A model generated the notes under the pieces. The model made no database searches, was not told the DNA's origin, and saw only the letters and a program-made list of their open reading frames with translations. DNA of 64,000 nt, taken from assembly GCF_009914755.1 (NCBI RefSeq), contig NC_060948.1, one strand, 5' to 3'. Below, piece after piece: positions 10,641 to 23,086 of the stretch; within the stretch, counting starts at the first letter, position 1, and every line of letters starts with the position of its first letter. Position numbers and translations under genes: made by a program. Origin of the DNA: the human T2T-CHM13v2.0 reference genome, Homo sapiens.

Positions 10641-13600
10641 ATAGAATGAAAGAGAATCAAATGGAATTGAATCGAATGCAATCGAATGGATTGGAAAGGA
10701 ATAGAATGGAATGGAATGGAATTGACTCAAATGGAATGGACTAGAATGGAATGGATTCGAATGGAAGGCAAAGGAATGGAATCTATTGGAATGGACAGCA
10801 ATGGAATGGAAAGGAAGGGATTGGAATGGACTCGAATGGAATGGACTGCAATAGAAAGGATTCGAATGGAATGAAAAAGAATTGAATGGAATAGAACAGA
10901 ATGGAATCAAATCGAATGAAATGGAATGGAATAGAAAGGAATGGAATGAAATGGAATGGAAAGGATTCGAATGGAATGCAATCGAATGGAATGGAATCGA
11001 ACGGAATGGAATAAAATGGAAGCAAACTGGCAAGAAATGGAATCGAAATGAATGGAGTGTTTTGGAACGGACTCAAAAGGAATTGAATGTAATAGAATGG
11101 AGTGGAGTGGACTCGAATATAATGGACTGGAATGGAATGAAATCACATGGAATGGGAACGAATGGAATGGAATGGAAAGGAATGGAATCGAATGGAAAGG
11201 AATCGAATGGAAGGGAATGAAATTGAATCAACAGGAATGGAAGGGAATAGAATAGACGGTAATGGAATGGACTCGAATAGAATGGACACGAATGCTCAAA
11301 TTGAATGGACTCGAATGGAATGGAAACGAAAGGAATGTCATCGAATGGAATGGAATCGATTGGAATGAAATCGCATAGAATGGAGTGGAATCAAATGGAA
11401 TTGAATCGAAAGGAAAGGAAGCGAATGGACTGAAATGAAATGGAATGGAATTGAATGGAAAGTAAAGCAATGGAATAGAATGGAACGAAATTTCACGGAA
11501 TGGAATCAAACTGAATGGAATCAAATCAATGGAATATAATCAAATGGAATGGAAAGGAATTGAATGGAGTAGATGGGATTGGATGGGATTGGAATGAAAT
11601 GTACTGGAAAGGACTCGAATTTCATGAAACGGAATGGAATGAATTGGAACGGAATGGACTCGAATGGAATGGAATGTCATGGAATGGCATCAAATGGAAT
11701 GGCATCAAATGGAATGGAATCGAATGCAATGGAATGCTATGGAATGGAATGGAATGCATTGGAATGGAATGTCCTCTAATGGAATGGATTCGAGTGGAAT
11801 GGAATCGAATATAATGGAGTCGAATGAAATGGAATTGAAAGGAATGGGATCGAATACAATGGAATATACTGGAATGTAATGTAATGAAGTCGAATGTAAT
11901 TGACTGGAATGGAATGTACATGAATGGAATGTAATCGAATGGAAAGTAATCCAATGGAATAGAATCAAATGCAATAAAATCGACTCAGATAGAGTAGAAT
12001 GTAATGGAATGGAGTGCAGTGCAATGGAATGGAATGGAATGGAATGCAATGGAATGGAATAGAATGGGATGGAATGGTATGGAATGGATAGTAATGGACT
12101 GGAGTGAAATGGACTGGAAAGGAATGGACTCAAATTGAAAGGGCTCGAAAGGAATGGAGTCAAATGGAATGGTCTGGAATGGAATGAACACGAATGTAAT
12201 GCAATCCAATAGAATGGAATCGAATGGCATGGAATATAAAGAAATGGAATCGAAGAGAATGGAAACAAACGGAATGGAATTGAATGGAATGGAATTGAAT
12301 GGAATGGGAACGAATGGAGTGAAATTGTATGCAGTAGAAGAGAATAGAATGGAATGCAAGCGAAAGGAAAGGAATGGATTGGAATGGAATGGAATTCATG
12401 GGAATGGAAGGGAATGTAGTGTAATGGACAGGCCTGGAATAAAGTGGAATGCTACGGTCTCGAATGGAATAAAAATGTATGGAATGGAATGCAAAGAAAC
12501 GGAATCGAATGTCATAGAATGTAATGGAATGCAAAAAAATGGACTCCAAAATCATTGACTGGAAAGGCTGGGTGTCGAAAGGAATTGACTCCAATGGAAT
12601 GGAATCGAATGGAATGGAAGTGAATAGAATCGAACTAAATCGAATGGAATGGAATTGATAGGAACGGAATGGAAAGGAATGAAATGATTTGGCATGGAAT
12701 GGAATCGAATGGCATCGAATGGAATGGAATGGAATGCAATGCAATGGAATGTATTAGAATGTAATGAACTTTAATGGAATGTACTCGAATGGATTCGACT
12801 GGAATGGAATGTTCTGGAAGTGAATGGACTCCAATGGAATGGATTGAAAAGGAATGGAATCGTACGGAATGGAATCTAATGGAATGGAATTAAATGGAAA
12901 TGAATGAAATTGAATAGCACGGAATTGAATTGAATGGAATCGAATGCAGTGGAATCTAATGAAACGGAAAGGAAAGGAATGGAATGGAATGGAATGGGCT
13001 GGAATGGAAAGGAATCGAAACGAATGGAATGGAATCGAACTGAAGAGACTGGAATGGAATGCACTGGAATGGAAGGGAGTGTAATGGAAGGTTCTCGAAA
13101 AAAATGGAATCGAATGGAATGGAATTGAATGGAACGGAATAGAGTCGAATGGAATTCAATGGAATGGAATGGACTAGAGTGAAATGGAATCGAACCAGAA
13201 GGAATGGACAGGAATAGAATGGTATCGAATTGAATGGAATCGTATGGAATGGCATCAAACGGAATGGAATGGACAGCCACGGAATGGAATGCACTCGAAT
13301 GCAATGGAGTCGAAACTAATGGACTGGAATAGAATGGACTCGACTGGTACGGACTCCAATGGAATGGAATCGAATGGAAGGGAATCGAACGGAATGGACT
13401 CGAAGGGAAAAGACTGCAATGGAAAGGTCTCGAATGGAATGGAAATTAATGGAATGGAATGGAATCGAATGAAATGGAGTCAAAAGGAATGGAATCGAAT
13501 GGCAAGAAATCGAATGTAATGGAATCGCAAGGAATTGATGTGAACGGAACGGAATGGAATGGAATCCAAAGAAATGGAATAGAATGGAATGGAATCGAAT

Positions 13601-14174
13601 GGAAAGAACTCGAATGGAAATCACTCGAATAGAATGCAATTTAATAAAATAGGATGAAATGTAACGGAATGGAATGGAAAGGAATCGAAACGAAAGGAAT
13701 GGAGACAGATGGAATGGAATGGAACAGAGAGCAATGGTATAGAATGGAATGGAATCATCTGGAATGGAATTGAATGGAATGGAATAATATGAAATGGAAT
13801 GGAATGGAATGGAATGCCCTTGAATTAAATGGACTGGAATGGAATGGACTCTAACAGAGTGGAATGGAAAGTGTTGAGATAGAATGGAATGGACTCCTTT
13901 GGAATGGTCTAGTATGCAATGCAATGGACTGGCAGGGAATCAAAAGGAATGTAATCGAATGGATTGGACTGGAATGCAATGGACTCGAATAGATTGGAAA
14001 CGGAATGCAAAGGAATGGAATGGAATAGTATGGAATGGAATGGAAAGGAATGGAGTGGAATAGACTAGAGTGGAATGGAATGGACTCGAAAGCAATGGAC
14101 TGGAATGGAACTTTCTTGAATGGACTGGAATCAAACGGAATGGAATGCAATGCAATCAAATGGCATGGAATAAA
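10641..14174 (+). repeat. Unit U4 (3534 bp)
   Basis: Spacing 10686->14220. Confidence 0.92.
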
Positions 14175-16018
14175 ATAGAATGAAAGAGAATCAAATGGAA
14201 TTGAATCGAATGCAATCGAATGGATTGGAAAGGAATAGAATGGAATGGAATGGAATTGACTCAAATGGAATGGACTAGAATGGAATGGATTCGAATGGAA
14301 GGCAAAGGAATGGAATCTATCGGAATGGACAGCAATGGAATGGAAAGGAAGGGATTGGAATGGACTCGAATGGAATGGACTGCAATAGAAAGGATTCGAA
14401 TGGAATGAAAAAGAATTGAATGGAATAGAACAGAATGGAATCAAATCGAATGAAATGGAATGGAATAGAAAGGAATGGAATGAAATGGAATGGAAAGGAT
14501 TCGAATGGAATGCAATCGAATGGAATGGAATCGAACGGAATGGAATAAAATGGAAGCAAACTGGCAAGAAATGGAATCGAAATGAATGGAGTGTTATGGA
14601 ACGGACTCCAAAGGAATTGAATGTAATAGAATGGAGTGGAGTGGACTCGAATATAATGGACTGGAATGGAATGAAATCACATGGAATGGGAACGAATGGA
14701 ATGGAATGGAAAGGAATGGAATCGAATGGAAAGGAATCGAATGGAAGGGAATGAAATTGAATCAACAGGAATGGAAGGGAATAGAATAGACGGTAATGGA
14801 ATGGACTCGAATAGAATGGACACGAATGCTCAAATTGAATGGACTCGAATGGAATGGAAACGAAAGGAATGTCATCGAATGGAATTGAATCGATTGGAAT
14901 GAAATCGCATAGAATGGAGTGGAATCAAATGGAATTGAATCGAAAGGAAAGGAAGCGAATGGACTGAAATGAAATGGAATGGAATTGAATGGAAAGTAAA
15001 GCAATGGAATAGAATGGAACGAAATTTCACGGAATGGAATCAAACTGAATGGAATCAAATCAATGGAATATAATCAAATGGAATGGAAAGGAATTGAATG
15101 GAGTAGATGGGATTGGATGGGATTGGAATGAAATGTACTGGAAAGGACTCGAATTTCATGAAACGGAATGGAATGAATTGGAACGGAATGGACTCGAATG
15201 GAATGGAATGTCATGGAATGGCATCAAATGGAATGGCATCAAATGGAATGGAATCGAATGCAATGGAATGCTATGGAATGGAATGGAATGCATTGGAATG
15301 GAATGTCCTCTAATGGAATGGATTCGAGTGGAATGGAATCGAATATAATGGAGTCGAATGAAATGGAATCTCAAGGAATTGATGTGAACGGAACGGAATG
15401 GAATGGAATCCAAAGAAATGGAATAGAATGGAATGGAATCGAATGGAAAGAACTCGAATGGAAATCACTCGAATAGAATGCAATTTAATAAAATAGGATG
15501 AAATGTAACGGAATGGAATGGAAAGGAATCGAAACGAAAGGAATGGAGACAGATGGAATGGAATGGAACAGAGAGCAATGGTATAGAATGGAATGGAATC
15601 ATCTGGAATGGAATTGAATGGAATGGAATAATATGAAATGGAATGGAATGGAATGGAATGCCCTTGAATTAAATGGACTGGAATGGAATGGACTCGAACA
15701 GAGTGGAATGGAAAGTGTTGAGATAGAATGGAATGGACTCCTTTGGAATGGTCTAGTATGCAATGCAATGGACTGGCAGGGAATCAAAAGGAATGTAATC
15801 GAATGGATTGGACTGGAATGCAATGGACTCGAATAGATTGGAAACGGAATGCAAAGGAATGGAATGGAATAGTATGGAATGGAATGGAAAGGAATGGAGT
15901 GGAATAGACTAGAGTGGAATGGAATGGACTCGAAAGCAATGGACTGGAATGGAACTTTCTTGAATGGACTGGAATCAAACGGAATGGAATGCAATGCAAT
16001 CAAATGGCATGGAATAAA
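14175..16018 (+). repeat. Unit U5, truncated/rearranged (1844 bp; 1690 bp shorter than the mode)
   Basis: Spacing 14220->16064; the sequence jumps at ~15362-15371 from ...GAGTCGAATGAAATGGAAT to CTCAAGGAATTGATGTG; lacks the AGGCCT and conserved GAATTC landmarks. Confidence 0.95.
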
Positions 16019-19000
16019 ATAGAATGAAAGAGAATCAAATGGAATTGAATCGAATGCAATCGAATGGATTGGAAAGGAATAGAATGGAATGGAATGGAAT
16101 TGACTCAAATGGAATGGACTAGAATGGAATGGATTCGAATGGAAGGCAAAGGAATGGAATCTATCGGAATGGACAGCAATGGAATGGAAAGGAAGGGATT
16201 GGAATGGACTCGAATGGAATGGACTGCAATAGAAAGGATTCGAATGGAATGAAAAAGAATTGAATGGAATAGAACAGAATGGAATCAAATCGAATGAAAT
16301 GGAATGGAATAGAAAGGAATGGAATGAAATGGAATGGAAAGGATTCGAATGGAATGCAATCGAATGGAATGGAATCGAACGGAATGGAATAAAATGGAAG
16401 CAAACTGGCAAGAAATGGAATCGAAATGAATGGAGTGTTATGGAACGGACTCCAAAGGAATTGAATGTAATAGAATGGAGTGGAGTGGACTCGAATATAA
16501 TGGACTGGAATGGAATGAAATCACATGGAATGGGAACGAATGGAATGGAATGGAAAGGAATGGAATCGAATGGAAAGGAATCGAATGGAAGGGAATGAAA
16601 TTGAATCAACAGGAATGGAAGGGAATAGAATAGACGGTAATGGAATGGACTCGAATAGAATGGACACGAATGCTCAAATTGAATGGACTCGAATGGAATG
16701 GAAACGAAAGGAATGTCATCGAATGGAATTGAATCGATTGGAATGAAATGGCATAGAATGGAGTGGAATCAAATGGAATTGAATCGAAAGGAAAGGAAGC
16801 GAATGGACTGAAATGAAATGGAATGGAATTGAATGGAAAGTAAAGCAATGGAATAGAATGGAACGAAATTTCACGGAATGGAATCAAACTGAATGGAATC
16901 AAATCAATGGAATATAATCAAATGGAATGGAAAGGAATTGAATGGAGTAGATGGGATTGGATGGGATTGGAATGAAATGTACTGGAAAGGACTCGAATTT
17001 CATGAAACGGAATGGAATGAATTGGAACGGAATGGACTCGAATGGAATGGAATGTCATGGAATGGCATCAAATGGAATGGCATCAAATGGAATGGAATCG
17101 AATGCAATGGAATGCTATGGAATGGAATGGAATGCATTGGAATGGAATGTCCTCTAATGGAATGGATTCGAGTGGAATGGAATCGAATATAATGGAGTCG
17201 AATGAAATGAAATTGAAAGGAATGGGATCGAATACAATGGAATATACTGGAATGTAATGTAATGAACTCGAATGTAATTGACTGGAATGGAATGTACATG
17301 AATGGAATGTAATCGAATGGAAAGTAATCCAATGGAATAGAATCTAATGCAATAAAATCGACTCAGATAGAGTAGAATGTAATGGAATGGAGTGCAGTGC
17401 AATGGAATGGAATGGAATGGAATGCAATGGAATGGAATGGAATGGGATGGAATGGTATGGAATGGATAGTAATGGACTGGAGTGAAATGGACTGGAAAGG
17501 AATGGACTCAAATTGAAAGGGCTCGAAAGGAATGGAGTCAAATGGAATGGTCTGGAATGAAATGAACACGAATGTAATGCAATCCAATAGAATGGAATCG
17601 AATGGCATGGAATATAAAGAAATGGAATCGAAGAGAATGGAAACAAACGGAATGGAATTGAATGGAATGGAATTGAATGGAATGGGAACGAATGGAGTGA
17701 AATTGTATGCAGTAGAAGAGAATAGAATGGAATGCAAGCGAAAGGAAAGGAATGGATTGGAATGGAATGGAATTCATTGGAATGGAAGGGAATGTAGTGT
17801 AATGGACAGGCCTGGAATAAAGTGGAATGCTACGGTCTCGAATGGAATAAAAATGTATGGAATGGAATGCAAAGAAACGGAATCGAATGTCATAGAATGT
17901 AATGGAATGCAAAAAAATGGACTCCAAAATCATTGACTGGAAAGGCTGGGTGTCGAAAGGAATTGACTCCAATGGAATGGAATCGAATGGAATGGAAGTG
18001 AATAGAATCGAACTAAATCGAATGGAATGGAATTGATAGGAACGGAATGGAAAGGAATGAAATGATTTGGCATGGAATGGAATCGAATGGCATCGAATGG
18101 AATGGAATGGAATGCAATGCAATGGAATGTATTAGAATGTAATGAACTTTAATGGAATGTACTCGAATGGATTCGACTGGAATGGAATGTTCTGGAAGTG
18201 AATGGACTCCAATGGAATGGATTCAAAAGGAATGGAATCGTACGGAATGGAATCTAATGGAATGGAATTAAATGGAAATGAATCAAATTGAATAGCACGG
18301 AATTGAATTGAATGGAATCGAATGCAATGGAATCTAATGAAACGGAAAGGAAAGGAATGGAATGGAATGGAATGGGCTGGAATGGAAAGGAATCGAAACG
18401 AATGGAATGGAATCGAACTGAAGAGACTGGAATGGAATGCACTGGAATGGAAGGGAGTGTAATGGAAGGTTCTCGAAAAAAATGGAATCGAATGGAATGG
18501 AATTGAATGGAACGGAATAGAGTCGAATGGAATTGAATGGAATGGAATGGACTAGAGTGAAATGGAATCGAACCACAAGGAATGGACAGGAATAGAATGG
18601 TCTCGAATTGAATGGAATCGTATGGAATGGCATCAAACGGAATGGAATGGACAGCCACGGAATGGAATGCACTCGAATGCAATGGAGTCGAAACTAATGG
18701 ACTGGAATAGAATGGACTCGACTGGTACGGACTCCAATGGAATGGAATCGAATTGAAGGGAATCGAACGGAATGGACTCGAAGGGAAAAGACTGCAATGG
18801 AAAGGTCTCGAATGGAATGGAAATTAATGGAATGGAATGGAATCGAATGAAATGGAGTCAAAAGGAATGGAATCGAATGGCAAGAAATCGAATGTAATGG
18901 AATCGCAAGGAATTGATGTGAACGGAACGGAATGGAATGGAATCCAAAGAAATGGAATAGAATGGAATGGAATCGAATGGAAAGAACTCGAATGGAAATC

Positions 19001-19552
19001 ACTCGAATAGAATGCAATTTAATAAAATAGGATGAAATGTAATGGAATGGAATGGAAAGGAATCGAAACGAAAGGAATGGAGACAGATGGAATGGAATGG
19101 AACAGAGAGCAATGGTATAGAATGGAATGGAATCATCTGGAATGGAATTGAATGGAATGGAATAATATGAAATGGAATGGAATGGAATGGAATGCCCTTG
19201 AATTAAATGGACTGGAATGGAATGGACTCGAACAGAGTGGAATGGAAAGTGTTGAGATAGAATGGAATGGACTCCTTTGGAATGGTCTAGTATGCAATGC
19301 AATGGACTGGCAGGGAATCAAAAGGAATGTAATCGAATGGATTGGACTGGAATGCAATGGACTCGAATAGATTGGAAACGGAATGCAAAGGAATGGAATG
19401 GAATAGTATGGAATGGAATGGAAAGGAATGGAGTGGAATAGACTAGAGTGGAATGGAATGGACTCGAAAGCAATGGACTGGAATGGAACTTTCTTGAATG
19501 GACTGGAATCAAACGGAATGGAATGCAATGCAATCAAATGGCATGGAATAAA
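16019..19552 (+). repeat. Unit U6 (3534 bp)
   Basis: Spacing 16064->19598. Confidence 0.92.
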
Positions 19553-22500
19553 ATAGAATGAAAGAGAATCAAATGGAATTGAATCGAATGGAATCGAATG
19601 GATTGGAAAGGAATAGAATGGAATGGAATGGAATTGACTCAAATGGAATGGACTAGAATGGAATGGATTCGAATGGAAGGCAAAGGAATGGAATCTATCG
19701 GAATGGACAGCAATGGAATGGAAAGGAAGGGATTGGAATGGACTCGAATGGAATGGACTGCAATAGAAAGGATTCGAATGGAATGAAAAAGAATTGAATG
19801 GAATAGAACAGAATGGAATCAAATCGAATGAAATGGAATGGAATAGAAAGGAATGGAATGAAATGGAATGGAAAGGATTCGAATGGAATGCAATCGAATG
19901 GAATGGAATCGAACGGAATGGAATAAAATGGAAGCAAACTGGCAAGAAATGGAATCGAAATGAATGGAGTGTTATGGAACGGACTCAAAAGGAATTGAAT
20001 GTAATAGAATGGAGTGGAGTGGACTCGAATATAATGGACTGGAATGGAATGAAATCACATGGAATGGGAACGAATGGAATGGAATGGAAAGGAATGGAAT
20101 CGAATGGAAAGGAATCGAATGGAAGGGAATGAAATTGAATCAACAGGAATGGAAGGGAATAGAATAGACGGTAATGGAATGGACTCGAATAGAATGGACA
20201 CGAATGCTCAAATTGAATGGACTCGAATGGAATGGAAACGAAAGGAATGTCATCGAATGGAATTGAATCGATTGGAATGAAATCGCATAGAATGGAGTGG
20301 AATCAAATGGAATTGAATCGAAAGGAAAGGAAGCGAATGGACTGAAATGAAATGGAATGGAATTGAATGGAAAGTAAAGCAATGGAATAGAATGGAACGA
20401 AATTTCACGGAATGGAATCAAACTGAATGGAATCAAATCAATGGAATATAATCAAATGGAATGGAAAGGAATTGAATGGAGTAGATGGGATTGGATGGGA
20501 TTGGAATGAAATGTACTGGAAAGGACTCGAATTTCATGAAACGGAATGGAATGAATTGGAACGGAATGGACTCGAATGGAATGGAATGTCATGGAATGGC
20601 ATCAAATGGAATGGCATCAAATGGAATGGAATCGAATGCAATGGAATGCTATGGAATGGAATGGAATGCATTGGAATGGAATGTCCTCTAATGGAATGGA
20701 TTCGAGTGGAATGGAATCGAATATAATGGAGTCGAATGAAATGGAATTGAAAGGAATGGGATCGAATACAATGGAATATACTGGAATGTAATGTAATGAA
20801 CTCGAATGTAATTGACTGGAATGGAATGTACATGAATGGAATGTAATCGAATGGAAAGTAATCCAATGGAATAGAATCTAATGCAATAAAATCGACTCAG
20901 ATAGAGTAGAATGTAATGGAATGGAGTGCAGTGCAATGGAATGGAATGGAATGGAATGCAATGGAATGGAATGGAATGGGATGGAATGGTATGGAATGGA
21001 TAGTAATGGACTGGAGTGAAATGGACTGGAAAGGAATGGACTCAAATTGAAAGGGCTCGAAAGGAATGGAGTCAAATGGAATGGTCTGGAATGGAATGAA
21101 CACGAATGTAATGCAATCCAATAGAATGGAATCGAATGGCATGGAATATAAAGAAATGGAATCGAAGAGAATGGAAACAAACGGAATGGAATTGAATGGA
21201 ATGGAATTGAATGGAATGGGAACGAATGGAGTGAAATTGTATGCAGTAGAAGAGAATAGAATGGAATGCAAGCGAAAGGAAAGGAATGGATTGGAATGGA
21301 ATGGAATTCATGGGAATGGAAGGGAATGTAGTGTAATGGACAGGCCTGGAATAAAGTGGAATGCTACGGTCTCGAATGGAATAAAAATGTATGGAATGGA
21401 ATGCAAAGAAACGGAATCGAATGTCATAGAATGTAATGGAATGCAAAAAAATGGACTCCAAAATCATTGACTGGAAAGGCTGGGTGTCGAAAGGAATTGA
21501 CTCCAATGGAATGGAATCGAATGGAATGGAAGTGAATAGAATCGAACTAAATCGAATGGAATGGAATTGATAGGAACGGAATGGAAAGGAATGAAATGAT
21601 TTGGCATGGAATGGAATCGAATGGCATCGAATGGAATGGAATGGAATGCAATGCAATGGAATGTATTAGAATGTAATGAACTTTAATGGAATGTACTCGA
21701 ATGGATTCGACTGGAATGGAATGTTCTGGAAGTGAATGGACTCCAATGGAATGGATTGAAAAGGAATGGAATCGTACGGAATGGAATCTAATGGAATGGA
21801 ATTAAATGGAAATGAATGAAATTGAATAGCACGGAATTGAATTGAATGGAATCGAATGCAATGGAATCTAATGAAACGGAAAGGAAAGGAATGGAATGGA
21901 AAGGAATGGGCTGGAATGGAAAGGAATCGAAACGAATGGAATGGAATCGAACTGAGGAGACTGGAATGGAATGCACTTCAACGGAAGGGAGTGTAATGGA
22001 AGGTTCTCGAAAAAAATGGAATCGAATGGAATGGAATTGAATGGAACGGAATAGAGTCGAATGGAATTGAATGGAATGGAATGGACTAGAGTGAAATGGA
22101 ATCGAACCACAAGGAATGGACAGGAATAGAATGGTCTCGAATTGAATGGAATCGTATGGAATGGCATCAAACGGAATGGAATGGACAGCCACGGAATGGA
22201 ATGCACTCGAATGCAATGGAGTCGAAACTAATGGACTGGAATAGAATGGACTCGACTGGTACGGACTCCAATGGAATGGAATCGAATGGAAGGGATTCGA
22301 ACGGAATGGACTCGAAGGGAAAAGACTGCAATGGAAAGGTCTCGAATGGAATGGAAATTAATGGAATGGAATGGAATCGAATGAAATGGAGTCAAAAGGA
22401 ATGGAATCGAATGGCAAGAAATCGAATGTAATGGAATCGCAAGGAATTGATGTGAACGGAACGGAATGGAATGGAATCCAAAGAAATGGAATAGAATGGA

Positions 22501-23086
22501 ATGGAATCGAATGGAAAGAACTCGAATGGAAATCACTCGAATAGAATGCAATTTAATAAAATAGGATGAAATGTAACGGAATGGAATGGAAAGGAATCGA
22601 AACGAAAGGAATGGAGACAGATGGAATGGAATGGAACAGAGAGCAATGGTATAGAATGGAATGGAATCATCTGGAATGGAATTGAATGGAATGGAATAAT
22701 ATGAAATGGAATGGAATGGAATGGAATGCCCTTGAATTAAATGGACTGGAATGGAATGGACTCGAACAGAGTGGAATGGAAAGTGTTGAGATAGAATGGA
22801 ATGGACTCCTTTGGAATGGTCTAGTATGCAATGCAATGGACTGGCAGGGAATCAAAAGGAATGTAATCGAATGGATTGGACTGGAATGCAATGGACTCGA
22901 ATAGATTGGAAACGGAATGCAAAGGAATGGAATGGAATAGTATGGAATGGAATGGAAAGGAATGGAGTGGAATAGACTAGAGTGGAATGGAATGGACTCG
23001 AAAGCAATGGACTGGAATGGAACTTTCTTGAATGGACTGGAATCAAACGGAATGGAATGCAATGCAATCAAATGGCATGGAATAAA
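19553..23086 (+). repeat. Unit U7 (3534 bp)
   Basis: Spacing 19598->23132. Confidence 0.92.
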
